A stretch of DNA of 64,000 nt, from positions 368 to 64,367 of the forward strand of contig JAZQPB010000228.1 of NCBI GenBank assembly GCA_045628165.1, written 5' to 3'. A model generated the notes under the pieces. It made no database searches. It saw only the letters and a program-made list of their open reading frames with translations, and was not told the origin of the DNA. Below are positions 16,401-24,659 of the stretch, one piece after another; the first letter of the stretch is position 1, and every line of letters starts with the position of its first letter. The position numbers and the translations under genes are program-made. The DNA comes from Bacteroidales bacterium. Lineage in GTDB: Bacteria > Bacteroidota > Bacteroidia > Bacteroidales > UBA3824.

Positions 16401-17626
16401 GCAAGTACAACGAGGCCATAGAATCGTACATAACGGCCAAGGAAATCTTTGAGGAGCTGGGCGAGAAATGGGAAGTGGCCTGCGCGCTCAACAACATAGG
16501 CTATCTGTATGACACTCAGAACAAATGCGTATTGGCCGCGCAGTATTATCATGCGGCTTTTGAGGAATACAAGAGCCTCGACAGCAAGGAATCGATGGCC
16601 AAAAACCTCTACAACGAGGCCCTAATGAACGAGCGCATGGGCAGCACCCAAAACGCGGCCCAGATATACCGACAGGTGCTCAACTACATAGACGAGGAGG
16701 AAAATCCGGCCGGATACGCCGCCACCGCGCTCAATGTGGCCAAGTGCATGAGCACATACACCGACGACGACAATGTGCAGAAATTCACACAGAAGGCCTA
16801 CGACCTATTCACGGCCATACAGCAGATAGACGATATGATAGCGTGTCAGGAATTCATGGCGCTGTTCAATTATCAGAAGGGAAACCACACCGCGGCCAAG
16901 GGACACCTGAGCAAGCTGCTGGCCATCAGAGACATCAAGCACGACAACACAACCCAGATGCTGGTATACAACAGCGCCGCATCGGTATGTTTCTACATGA
17001 ACGACCTCGATGCCACCATGGAGTATTTCCAGAAGACGATAGCCGTAGCCACCGAGATGGACTCCTGGAAAAACATCGCCCTCTGCAATCTACAGATAGC
17101 CGCCAAGATGAGCATCGACGACGACAGATACAACACCGAGATCACCTACAACGGCAAAACCCGCAAGATCTGGGAGTTCTGCGTGGAGTGCATCAATTTT
17201 GCCATCAAGATAGCTGAAAGCGAGAAAATGAACTCCACCATCTGCGAGGCGTACGAGCTGCTGGCCAACATATACGAGAAAACCGGCGACGTAAGGGAAC
17301 AGCTTCTGGCATTGGAGCAGATAATGATACAAAGCACCGACGACGAGCAGCAACTGAATGTAATGATGAAAACGGCCATAATAGACCGCGACTATTTCAA
17401 GAAGCCCGAACAGGCAAGCGACAGGATGTTTGATGTAGTAAACAAGGCAGAGGAGCTCAATCTCTGGGAATCACGGATACTGGCCACCATCTGGCTCTGC
17501 TACTGGCAGCTGCAGGATTCCCCATCCGACAAGGACGCCATCCGCACCCTCCAGAACATCTCACAGCGGTACGGCTACCTCTTCTTCAAGGTGCCCGGCC
17601 TCACAGATTTTCTGAAAAGACTATAA
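13457..17626 (+). CDS. Large STAND-type P-loop NTPase (AAA_16-like) fused to an ~1100-aa TPR array. No recognisable effector or DNA-binding domain.
   Basis: 1389 aa. YVGNEMELSMLKSAY followed by Walker A GPRGCGKST and LAWIENIHTL (Walker B-like). Many TPR_12-type repeats follow (e.g. LNVIGLLYTSKCNFDKAGEYFTMALQ). Confidence 0.8.
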   Translation: METYVGNEMELSMLKSAYGDLQYGTSTVALISGPRGCGKSTLVARMLAKAGIEGVEPFCGNADSISNILSDNSLAWIENIHTLPSDYLKALLSACRNIGNSNKPAMIILSCTSMNDGEINAPLMTFLSEIRTGLGNAELLDIEMKALKLADVHFLISKLYPENEFHSNFANQIHKASAGNPLMIHSILERMEQEGNLARQGNGKWLAATNEEIISDIKSQIESEWESKPADGELTTSTPSAEKKYNTAAEMDSAIEPLHQLMKTYKMAQALEIANPLMETAMELSSNSHILKAAIAKCKILNFFGLYDKAISCADTAMQATDSGNSESRAMITALKAQAIGYLSRFKESFAMFDLALNIALACQSHSTAAQIYALKIPFLLEYPLLDKVVDAYDRGIRHCTSPDSERTMWELRLYNLYYMRYVSQIEEAMAESEQVLRYFREEGDAKFEARTLNVIGLLYTSKCNFDKAGEYFTMALQRQNSINDKVGLIGILNNMGHLNFDTGNYQESISYFDQSFAISSSIGSRSLMLVSYTGKGSAYIYLGQNAEAEQCMLKAREIADGMENRSSMAYVISALGDLYSHTGENDKALEVYMQALEIDRELGDMPSVVCDLTNIANVYITTRDVDNGIKYLESIKDEMPDYDNNVGVHAAIENTFGNIYSEKGDSDKAMEHYNAALEINLKCGDHICTSLNYYNIGLLHIDNNDWDKAVECFENAVKYDRLSGDKMQLAQHLQRLAYCNRMIDEPQKSQQQNMEAVSLFRKLNLMDDCAISLRAAGDDARVMQIFPNAEKLLLESAEILNETRNYLELADTYSTIGVMYTELKKMKKAETYFRMALDLHTQHNIGNYERYSKIAQSMAWMYSQAGKNDKAVEVFLEMRKNSSSEYYLETTLIIAKILDEMKNEDAEIYYREAAELALKQDDLQLKTEILGEAGEYLAENGKPEQGILMINEAIEMLDEADDKLAKAHMTVTLADAYEADGKYNEAIESYITAKEIFEELGEKWEVACALNNIGYLYDTQNKCVLAAQYYHAAFEEYKSLDSKESMAKNLYNEALMNERMGSTQNAAQIYRQVLNYIDEEENPAGYAATALNVAKCMSTYTDDDNVQKFTQKAYDLFTAIQQIDDMIACQEFMALFNYQKGNHTAAKGHLSKLLAIRDIKHDNTTQMLVYNSAASVCFYMNDLDATMEYFQKTIAVATEMDSWKNIALCNLQIAAKMSIDDDRYNTEITYNGKTRKIWEFCVECINFAIKIAESEKMNSTICEAYELLANIYEKTGDVREQLLALEQIMIQSTDDEQQLNVMMKTAIIDRDYFKKPEQASDRMFDVVNKAEELNLWESRILATIWLCYWQLQDSPSDKDAIRTLQNISQRYGYLFFKVPGLTDFLKRL

Positions 17627-18454
17627 AAAAATCTCCCTCGGCAACTCCTTGATCATGCCCACCTCGTAGGCCTTCTGATACAGGAACGAGATAGCATCCC
17701 TGCCCTCGGCGCCGAGGTCCACGCTGAAATCATTAACATAGAGCTTGATGTGGCTCTGCGTAACCTCGTCGCTGAGCTCGCGGGCGTGCTCACGGATATA
17801 CGGGAGCGCCTCCTGCGGATGTGCGAAAGCGTATTCAATGCTGCGTCGGATTATGCGGCTCACCTTAAGCGCCAAATCGTGGCCGAGACTGCGCTTGGCT
17901 ATTATGGTGCCGAGCGGAATGGGCTTGTGCATATTCTGCTCCCACATCTCGCCGAAATCCACAATCTTCTCCAGACCCTTGCTCTTGTAGGTGAAGCGTC
18001 CCTCGTGGATAAGCAGGCCGCAGTCGTAATTGCCGGCTATCACATTTCCCTCTATCTCTGAGAAAAGCATCGGAGTCTTGTCCTTGGCATTCGGGAAGAA
18101 AACCGAGAACAGCAGATTCGCCGTGGTATTCACGCCCGGGATGAGGATGCTCTTGTCATCCATCTCCTTGGGATCAAAATACTTGCGCGCCACCAGCATC
18201 GGGCCGTTGTTCCTGCCCAGGGCAGCGCCGGAATCCAGCGTTACATAGTTTTTCCAGATGTCGATTCCGTAGGCATTGCTCGAAATCTTGGTGATATCGG
18301 GGTTGCCAGCTGATAGCGCATTTCTGTTCAGCACATCTATATCGTGCATCTCTATATCGAACTCGATGCCCTCAAGATCAATCTTCCTGTTGGCTATGGC
18401 ATAGAAAATGAAAGTGTCGTTGGGGCAAGTGGAATAAGCCAATGAAAGTTTCAT
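17621..18454 (-). CDS. mqnD: MqnA/MqnD family protein, likely 1,4-dihydroxy-6-naphthoate synthase (futalosine pathway)
   Basis: MKLSLAYSTCPNDTFIFYAI N-terminus (SxCPNDTF motif). Start placed at 18454 because the upstream ORF extension contains the PNP terminator hairpin. Confidence 0.7.
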   Translation of the reverse strand: MKLSLAYSTCPNDTFIFYAIANRKIDLEGIEFDIEMHDIDVLNRNALSAGNPDITKISSNAYGIDIWKNYVTLDSGAALGRNNGPMLVARKYFDPKEMDDKSILIPGVNTTANLLFSVFFPNAKDKTPMLFSEIEGNVIAGNYDCGLLIHEGRFTYKSKGLEKIVDFGEMWEQNMHKPIPLGTIIAKRSLGHDLALKVSRIIRRSIEYAFAHPQEALPYIREHARELSDEVTQSHIKLYVNDFSVDLGAEGRDAISFLYQKAYEVGMIKELPREIFL

Positions 18455-18461
18455 ATCTAAT

Positions 18462-18494
18462 CTATAATAAAAGAGACGCACATCTGTGCGTCTC
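18462..18494 (-). terminator. Rho-independent terminator downstream of the PNP gene
   Basis: Stem gagacgcac pairs with gtgcgtctc (18473-18494), followed on the minus strand by TTTTATTAT. Confidence 0.6.
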
Positions 18495-18498
18495 CACA

Positions 18499-18557
18499 AC
18501 TTTAATCTTTTATCTTTAATCTTTAAACTTTAAGCTTTAAGCTTTCAACTTTAAACT
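18499..18557. repeat. Heptad tandem array (CTTTAAN)n, the reverse complement of the (T/A)TTAAAG arrays at 24.6 and 57.0 kb
   Basis: ctttaatcttttatctttaatctttaaactttaagctttaagctttcaactttaaact, about 8 units of 7 bp. Confidence 0.8.
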
Positions 18558-19376
18558 CTAAAGATCAATCTCCTCGATGAGTTTCTTTACAATGGTGGTC
18601 ATCTTGGGCTCGGCGGCGGCGGCGGCCTTCAGCACCTCCTCGTGAGTAGGTTTCTCAGCCACCTCGGCAATGCCCATATCGGTGATTACCGAAAGTCCGA
18701 AAACAGGCAGCCCCATGTGTCGGGCCACGATTACCTCCGGCACGGTGCTCATGCCCACGGCGTCGGCGCCGGCTATGGCGTAGAATCTGTATTCCGACGG
18801 AGTCTCGAAAGTGGGACCCGTAACGCCGATGTACACGCCCTTCTGGAGCGGAATATTCTCGCGGTCGGCTATCTCGAAAGCCTTCTTCACAAAACGCTTG
18901 CTGTAAGCCTCGCTCATCTCGGGGAAACGCGGGCCGAGCTCGTCGAAATTCTGCCCGATGAGCGGATTGGTGCCGAAATGATTGATGTGGTCGGTGATTA
19001 CCATTACATCGCCCACGCGGAACGACGTGTTCATTCCGCCCGATGCGTTGGATACTATCAGCATCTTGATACCCAGGAACTTGAGCACACGCACGGGGAA
19101 CGTTACCTGCTGCATTGTGTAGCCCTCGTAATAGTGGAAACGGCCCTGCATGGCCACCACCTTCTTGCCGCCCAGATAGCCGAACACAAGCTGTCCGCTG
19201 TGGCCCTTTACGGTAGATACGGGAAAGTTGGGAATATCCTTGTAGCTAATGGCTTTTACAACCTCGATCTCTCCAGCCAGGTTTCCGAGGCCGGATCCTA
19301 ATATGATGCCTACCTCAGGCTCAAAATTGACGCACTGTTGTATGTAGGCGGTAGTCTCCTTTATTTTCTGCAACAT
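18558..19376 (-). CDS. Purine nucleoside phosphorylase (trimeric PNP/PunA type)
   Basis: 272 aa. GIILGSGLG, GHSGQLVFG, RFHYYEG, SNASGGMN. Confidence 0.9.
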   Translation of the reverse strand: MLQKIKETTAYIQQCVNFEPEVGIILGSGLGNLAGEIEVVKAISYKDIPNFPVSTVKGHSGQLVFGYLGGKKVVAMQGRFHYYEGYTMQQVTFPVRVLKFLGIKMLIVSNASGGMNTSFRVGDVMVITDHINHFGTNPLIGQNFDELGPRFPEMSEAYSKRFVKKAFEIADRENIPLQKGVYIGVTGPTFETPSEYRFYAIAGADAVGMSTVPEVIVARHMGLPVFGLSVITDMGIAEVAEKPTHEEVLKAAAAAEPKMTTIVKKLIEEIDL

Positions 19377-20484
19377 ATTTCAATAATTGGGTTTTAAGAT
19401 TATCCTGATCATCAAACACAAAGCTCACCTCTATGGGCAGGTAATACATTGATTCCATCGTCTGCCGGTCCTTGAACTCCATCTCATTGAGCCTCATGGC
19501 GTCTTTCTCGGTGGTTATTATCAGCTTGGGCCCGGGCATCCCGGCAAAAGTCTGCTCTATCCTGTCGATGTCTTTCTGCTTGAATTTGTAATGGTCGTTG
19601 TATTTCAGGTGCGTAATCTTTTTGGAATACTTGGTCTGCACATATTCCTCCAGCACCTTGGTATTGGCTATTCCGGTCACCAGAAGTATATTCATATCCT
19701 TGCCATCAGCTGATATGGTTGCCGTATTTTTGCTATCAGCTGATATGCTTACCGTATTCTCGCTATCAGCTGATATGGGAATACTGTCTCCCGCCATCAG
19801 CTGGAAAACAGGCTTAAGTTCCTGATACTCAAACCTTGTGAAATATATCGACTGGCTGGGCAGGATATCGAGGTGCGATGAGAACACTCTGCGCTCTATG
19901 GGCTTGAGGTCCGGCGGACACTTGGTTACTATCACGATGTTGGCCCTGTGGCTCTCCTTCATGGATTCGCGCATCTGGCCCCACGGCAGCAGATGGTCCT
20001 CGAAGATGGGGCGGTTGTAATCCACAAGCAGGATATTCACCCTGGGCGTAACACTGCGGTGCTGATACGCATCGTCGAGCACTATCAGCTGATTTTCATT
20101 GTGTTCCTTCAGAATTTCGGCAATACCCTTGGCGCGGTCCTCGCATACTGTCATATCTGCCTGGCCGCGGAATTTGCGGTACATCTGCTTGGGCTCATCG
20201 CCTATATCCGACACAGTGCTGCCATCAGAGGCCTTGATGTAGCCACTGGTGCTGCGCTTGTATCCCCGGCTCAGGATTGTTACCTTAAACATGTCCTTGA
20301 GCAGATTCACTATATATTCGGTGTGCGGTGTCTTGCCGGTGCCGCCCACCGTGATATTTCCAATGGAGATTACGGGTACATCAAATTCATGGGATTTCAG
20401 TATGTTGTGGTCGTACATGAAATTGCGGCACCACATTATACAATAGTAAATCCATGAAAAAGGTATCAGTAGTTTTCTTAGCAT
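19321..20484 (-). CDS. lpxK: Tetraacyldisaccharide 4'-kinase
   Basis: 387 aa. VPVISIGNITVGGTGKTPHTEYI P-loop. Contains an in-frame 3 x 30-bp repeat insertion. The 3' end overlaps the PNP start by 56 nt. Confidence 0.88.
   Translation of the reverse strand: MLRKLLIPFSWIYYCIMWCRNFMYDHNILKSHEFDVPVISIGNITVGGTGKTPHTEYIVNLLKDMFKVTILSRGYKRSTSGYIKASDGSTVSDIGDEPKQMYRKFRGQADMTVCEDRAKGIAEILKEHNENQLIVLDDAYQHRSVTPRVNILLVDYNRPIFEDHLLPWGQMRESMKESHRANIVIVTKCPPDLKPIERRVFSSHLDILPSQSIYFTRFEYQELKPVFQLMAGDSIPISADSENTVSISADSKNTATISADGKDMNILLVTGIANTKVLEEYVQTKYSKKITHLKYNDHYKFKQKDIDRIEQTFAGMPGPKLIITTEKDAMRLNEMEFKDRQTMESMYYLPIEVSFVFDDQDNLKTQLLKYVAENKGDYRLHTTVRQF
19705..19804. repeat. In-frame tandem repeat inside lpxK, seeded on ATCAGCTGAT
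   Basis: atcagctgat occurs at 19705, 19735 and 19765, and atcagctgg at 19796 (period 30/30/31 bp). The encoded peptide is SADSENTVSI-SADSKNTATI-SADGKDMN. Confidence 0.85.
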
Positions 20485-20572
20485 TAGTCGAGTTTTAATA
20501 AAATAGCAATTACAATGGTAAATATTACAAAAAGCTGAAATACAAAGGTTTGGCTGAATATAATTAAAAACG

Positions 20573-20634
20573 AAAGTAGTTAGTAAACAGCATTTGCAGA
20601 AACTATCTACTAACTACCATCTACTAACTACTCC
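20573..20634. repeat. TAGTTAGTA-word hairpin that probably serves as the terminator of the DUF4301 gene
   Basis: agtagttagta (20575-20585) pairs with tactaactac(t) copies at 20608-20633. On the minus strand it is followed by ttcgttttt. Confidence 0.6.
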
Positions 20635-20638
20635 AATA

Positions 20639-22177
20639 TTACTGGTGCTGCTCTCTCAGGAGGTCGAGCACAGTTTTTACAGGGCTGAATGTTGCGATGG
20701 GCACCTCCACGAAGATGGTGTTCCAGTCGCTCATGGCGCCGTTCCAGAGGCCCGGACGCTCTATCGATTTGAGAGTCTTGCCGTTCTTGCTCTTGTTTGA
20801 TATAAAACCAGTGAGCGGATCGGTAAACTTTCTGAGGTCAAACTTATTGCCCTCGCAGTCGGTAACATCGCAAACGAGGTCCACGGGGTTGAAGTGTGTG
20901 GCCTTGCTTACAAGCTCCTGGCTGTGCGGGTCGTTCTTGTCGATCTGCGAGCTCTCCACAATCTGGAGCGATGTGGTGCCGTCCTGGTTTTTGGCCCAGA
21001 AAGGACCGCCGCCCGGCTCGCCCTCGTTTTTCACCATGCCGCAGATGCGGAGCGGACGCTTGAGCTTTGCAATGAGTTTCTGAGCCTTCTCGGCATCGGT
21101 GAGACCCAGGAAGTCCTCGCCAAACTCGCAGCAGAGCTTCTTTGATACAAACACGTATGCCTCGTCGAGCACCTGCGGAGTAGGATTGCTCTCAAGGAGC
21201 TTGATGTAGTCGGCGATGTTCTCCTTGGTTTTCAGGAGATAGCCGGCCAGCGCCTGCTTGTATTTGATGGTGGCCTCTTTTCTTGCATCAGGCACCACAT
21301 TGTCGATGGTCTTGATGAAGATGATGCGCGCGTTTATGTCGTTGAGGTTCTCGATGAGAGATCCGTGACCTGCAGGGCGGAAGAGCGGAGTGCCGTCGTC
21401 GTTGCGGAAAATCTCGTTGTTCTCGTCCACGGCCACCGTGTCGGTGAATGCCTTCTGAGTAGAGAAGCTGATATCGAGCTTTACGCCGAACTTCTCCTCA
21501 AACGATATTCTTGCCTTATCCACAAAAGCGGTGAAGAAACCAAGATGCTCCGGCGATACGGTGAAATGTATCCTCACGTCCTTGCCTGACTTGGCGTACT
21601 GAATACCCTCGGCAATGTGCTCCTCCACGGGAGTGCGCGATGTATTCTTGTATCTGTGGAATTCGATGAGACCCTTCGGGAGATTGCCGTAGTTTAGGCC
21701 GTCCTTTGTGATAACACTCTCCACGAGCTCCTTGGGCTTGTGGTCCTGGAGCAACTCCTTTACCGACTTGCCGTACTTGCCGTATACAATCTTCTGGAGA
21801 TTGTCGTAGAATGCAAAACGGTCGATATTGTCGATGAAACGGCGGGCAGGAGTGGTGGTGTCATTGAATTTCTGCTTCTGCTCGGGAGTTCCGTTGTATT
21901 CTGAAGCGAAAACAAAAAGATCCTTGAACATACGTGAAGCTGCGCCCGAAGCTGGCACAAATTTCACAATGCTCATCTGCTCAGCCTCCTTGGCGTACTT
22001 CTGAGCATAAGTGTTCATCTCCTCCTCGGTAAGGCATCTGATACCGTCATTAGGTGTGGCGGGACGAACTATCCCCAAAAATGGAAAGCCATTCTTGTAG
22101 AAAGCCAACTGAGTGTCTATTTCCTCAGTAGTGATTCCGCGCTCGGCGAAAAATTTAATGTCTTTTTCAGTGTACAT
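20639..22177 (-). CDS. DUF4301-like protein (nucleotidyltransferase-like fold suspected)
   Basis: 512 aa. N-terminus MYTEKDIKFFAERGITTEEIDTQLAFYKNGFPFL and the VPASGAASRMFKDLF glycine/serine loop. Recalled as Bacteroidota family DUF4301. Confidence 0.6.
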   Translation of the reverse strand: MYTEKDIKFFAERGITTEEIDTQLAFYKNGFPFLGIVRPATPNDGIRCLTEEEMNTYAQKYAKEAEQMSIVKFVPASGAASRMFKDLFVFASEYNGTPEQKQKFNDTTTPARRFIDNIDRFAFYDNLQKIVYGKYGKSVKELLQDHKPKELVESVITKDGLNYGNLPKGLIEFHRYKNTSRTPVEEHIAEGIQYAKSGKDVRIHFTVSPEHLGFFTAFVDKARISFEEKFGVKLDISFSTQKAFTDTVAVDENNEIFRNDDGTPLFRPAGHGSLIENLNDINARIIFIKTIDNVVPDARKEATIKYKQALAGYLLKTKENIADYIKLLESNPTPQVLDEAYVFVSKKLCCEFGEDFLGLTDAEKAQKLIAKLKRPLRICGMVKNEGEPGGGPFWAKNQDGTTSLQIVESSQIDKNDPHSQELVSKATHFNPVDLVCDVTDCEGNKFDLRKFTDPLTGFISNKSKNGKTLKSIERPGLWNGAMSDWNTIFVEVPIATFSPVKTVLDLLREQHQ

Positions 22178-22246
22178 ACGTGAACTTAGTTTTTTTGGTT
22201 TTTCTTTTGTTGTGCATTGCCCTCAGTATCTTGCTCAGCTAATAGC

Positions 22247-22281
22247 AAAAAAGTCCGGAGGGAAAAAACCGGACTTTTTTC
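22247..22281. terminator. Bidirectional hairpin terminator
   Basis: agtccgg (22252-22258) pairs with ccggact (22269-22275). An A-run lies upstream and a T-run downstream. Confidence 0.7.
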
Positions 22282-22411
22282 AAAAAAAATAACACTTAAA
22301 ATCAAACAAGATATGAAAACAATTTTAGTTTTTGTAGCAAAGCCTGCTAATGGTAACACAAGCCCTGCAAGAAAACGGCGCAATCACTGCGGTTTGGTGT
22401 TTTCTATGCCA

Positions 22412-22443
22412 CAAATATAATGTGCATTTTTATCATAAGCAAA
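22412..22443 (-). promoter_or_regulatory. Bacteroidetes promoter TTTG-N20-TATATTTG
   Basis: On the plus strand, caaatata is at 22412-22419 and caaa at 22440-22443. It lies upstream of the 22247-22281 terminator and of the DUF4301 gene. Confidence 0.5.
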
Positions 22444-22482
22444 CTTTTTTGAAACTTTTTTTGCGGAAAATTCCTCACGAAA

Positions 22483-23556
22483 TCAAAACCGCGCTGTAGT
22501 GGTCTCGGTGCCGAAAAGCTGAAGCGAGATTCTGTCGCCGGGCTTCACCGAGTGCATGAAAGCCTCGTCCTTTTTCGGGAACCTTGCCTTGCACTGCGAG
22601 ATTATCTTTCCGGCCTTATCCGCGATGCCGGGGTCGCCGTTGGAGCTGGATACGGCCTTGGCGGCATAGTCGGCCGCCACCCAGTAAACCTCCGACGTGC
22701 CGAACGCATCGAGCCCGAAAACCGCCGCATAGTCGAGGTATATGCTTGCAATGGTCAGGTATCCGAGACCTCCCGACGGAGGATCCGAGGAAACCATCTC
22801 CTCGTTTTCCCATTTCCGGGCCAGCACCACAGCGTCGTGCAGATATTTACGCGCCCTGGCCCTGTAGCCCATGTCCATGCACAGCACACCAAGCCGGGCG
22901 GCATAGTTGTACGATTGCCAGAGCTCCTGTATCTGCTCCATAGCGGATATATACAGATCGTTGTGGCAGGTGCCGAGTATGTCCATTATCATCAGCAGAC
23001 GCTCCAAATCCACCACGGTTTCCGGCATCCGATATATGGAGACAACCAGCCTATTGAACTCGCTGCGGTATTTGGCGCTGCCGGCGGTCACAGTCTTGCG
23101 GATGGCCTGCCCGGCGGAATTTTCCGTATCACTCGCCATCAGCTCCACAAAAGGCAATACCTCGCCGAAAAGACGGTAAGCGCTTATCTTGCCGCTGCCG
23201 GCCAGCACAAAACAGCGCTGCAAAAAAGCATTGCCTGCGTCAAGGCGATCGAGCCCGAGAGCGTCGGCCTTTCTCTCATACAGATTTCTTATGGTATCCA
23301 GATAATGGTTAACGCTCACCGAATCAGCCACTTTCATTATCAGCTCGTAATAAATCCTTACGCCGTCGTCATACAGTTTCCGGCTGAAATCAGGACACTG
23401 GCCCACCACATCCCAATACGGCTCCACGGCCAAATCGTAAGAGCCCACCTTCATGTACTCCTTATAAATAGAATACTGCCTGGCGCACTCGCTGTTCTGG
23501 GCCATGGCAGCTGATACGCCACATACAAGGGCCGCCGCAAATAGGTATTTTCTCAT
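22483..23556 (-). CDS. Secreted hypothetical protein, helical/TPR-like
   Basis: 357 aa with signal peptide MRKYLFAAALVCGVSAAMAQ. No family recognised. Confidence 0.6.
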   Translation of the reverse strand: MRKYLFAAALVCGVSAAMAQNSECARQYSIYKEYMKVGSYDLAVEPYWDVVGQCPDFSRKLYDDGVRIYYELIMKVADSVSVNHYLDTIRNLYERKADALGLDRLDAGNAFLQRCFVLAGSGKISAYRLFGEVLPFVELMASDTENSAGQAIRKTVTAGSAKYRSEFNRLVVSIYRMPETVVDLERLLMIMDILGTCHNDLYISAMEQIQELWQSYNYAARLGVLCMDMGYRARARKYLHDAVVLARKWENEEMVSSDPPSGGLGYLTIASIYLDYAAVFGLDAFGTSEVYWVAADYAAKAVSSSNGDPGIADKAGKIISQCKARFPKKDEAFMHSVKPGDRISLQLFGTETTTARF

Positions 23557-23613
23557 ATCATCATAAAATATGAACGCAGACTCCGCACCATTGGCGGAAT
23601 CTGCGCTCCTTTG

Positions 23614-24150
23614 TTATCCTAAATTCTGCATCTGCCTGAAAACCTCCCAGATGGCAATGCCCGCGCTCACCGAGACATTCAGCGAGTGCTTGGTGCCAAA
23701 CTGCGGAATCTCGATGCACAGATCGCAAAGCTCCATCAGACGGTCGTCCACGCCCTTCACCTCGTTGCCGAAAACAAGCGCAACCTTCTCATATCCAGAT
23801 AGGTCCATCTTGTCTATCATCACGCTCTCACGGGCCTGCTCGATGGCGAGGATTTTGTATCCGTCGCGTTTCAGCTGGCATACCGCCTCCACATTGTCCT
23901 TATAGTAAACCCAGTCCACCGACTGCTCGGCGCCAATGGCGGTTTTCCTGATTTCGGCGCTCGGCGGAGTGGCGCTAATGCCGCAGATTACTATCTTCTC
24001 TACCCTGAAGGCGTCGGAGGTTCTGAAAATGGAACCCACATTAAGCGCGCTCCTCACATTATCGAGCACCACCGCAATGGGCGACTTCTCGGCAGACTTG
24101 AACTCCTCCACAGAAATCCTGCCGAGGGTATCCATCGAAAGCTTTTCCAT
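23614..24150 (-). CDS. SpoU/TrmH-family RNA 2'-O-methyltransferase
   Basis: 178 aa. NVGSIFRTSDAF, LVFGNEVKGV and SLNVSVSAGIAIWE (SPOUT knot motifs). Confidence 0.88.
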   Translation of the reverse strand: MEKLSMDTLGRISVEEFKSAEKSPIAVVLDNVRSALNVGSIFRTSDAFRVEKIVICGISATPPSAEIRKTAIGAEQSVDWVYYKDNVEAVCQLKRDGYKILAIEQARESVMIDKMDLSGYEKVALVFGNEVKGVDDRLMELCDLCIEIPQFGTKHSLNVSVSAGIAIWEVFRQMQNLG

Positions 24151-24151
24151 A

Positions 24152-24601
24152 TTACTTGTTGAGGGCTGCCTTTACCTTGTCGGCTATCATCTTGCCATCG
24201 GCCTTGCCGGCAAGTTCGGCATTAGCTGCCTTCATCACCTTGCCCATGTCCTTGATGGAAGCGGCGCCGGTCTCGGCCACAATTCTGCTTACAACAGCCT
24301 CTACCTCAGCCTCCGAGAGCTGCTGCGGCAGATAGCACTTGATATATTCGAGCTGGGCGTTCTCCTCGTCCACGAGGTCCTGGCGGCCCTGCTGCTGATA
24401 GATGGACACCGAGTCGGTGCGCTGCTTTATCATCTTCTGGATAATCTTCAAGACATCGGCGTCAGTTACCTCGCCGGCCTTGCCCGAAGTCTGCTCCTTG
24501 AGTATCTCGGACTTGATGGCACGTACTGCGGCCAACTTCAACTGATTTTTCTCCTTCATGGCGGACTTCATGGCGTCCTGAATCTGTTCTGTAAGTGTCA
24601 T
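24152..24601 (-). CDS. yqeY: GatB/YqeY domain protein
   Basis: 149 aa. Typical YqeY opening: LTEQIQDAMKSAMKEKNQLKLAAVRAIKSEI. Confidence 0.88.
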   Translation of the reverse strand: MTLTEQIQDAMKSAMKEKNQLKLAAVRAIKSEILKEQTSGKAGEVTDADVLKIIQKMIKQRTDSVSIYQQQGRQDLVDEENAQLEYIKCYLPQQLSEAEVEAVVSRIVAETGAASIKDMGKVMKAANAELAGKADGKMIADKVKAALNK

Positions 24602-24610
24602 GGTTTTTAT

Positions 24611-24657
24611 GTTTTAAGTTTAAAGTACAAAGTTTAAAGATTAAAGTTTAAAGATTA
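24611..24657. repeat. Heptad tandem array ((T/A)TTAAAG)n
   Basis: gttttaagtttaaagtacaaagtttaaagattaaagtttaaagatta. Confidence 0.8.
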
Positions 24658-24659
24658 AC

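Noticed and set aside
22186-22383. 65-aa minus-strand ORF in the DUF4301 upstream region
   Set aside because: It spans the terminator hairpin, has low-complexity hydrophobic/basic content and has no start context. The region is better explained as leader or sRNA.
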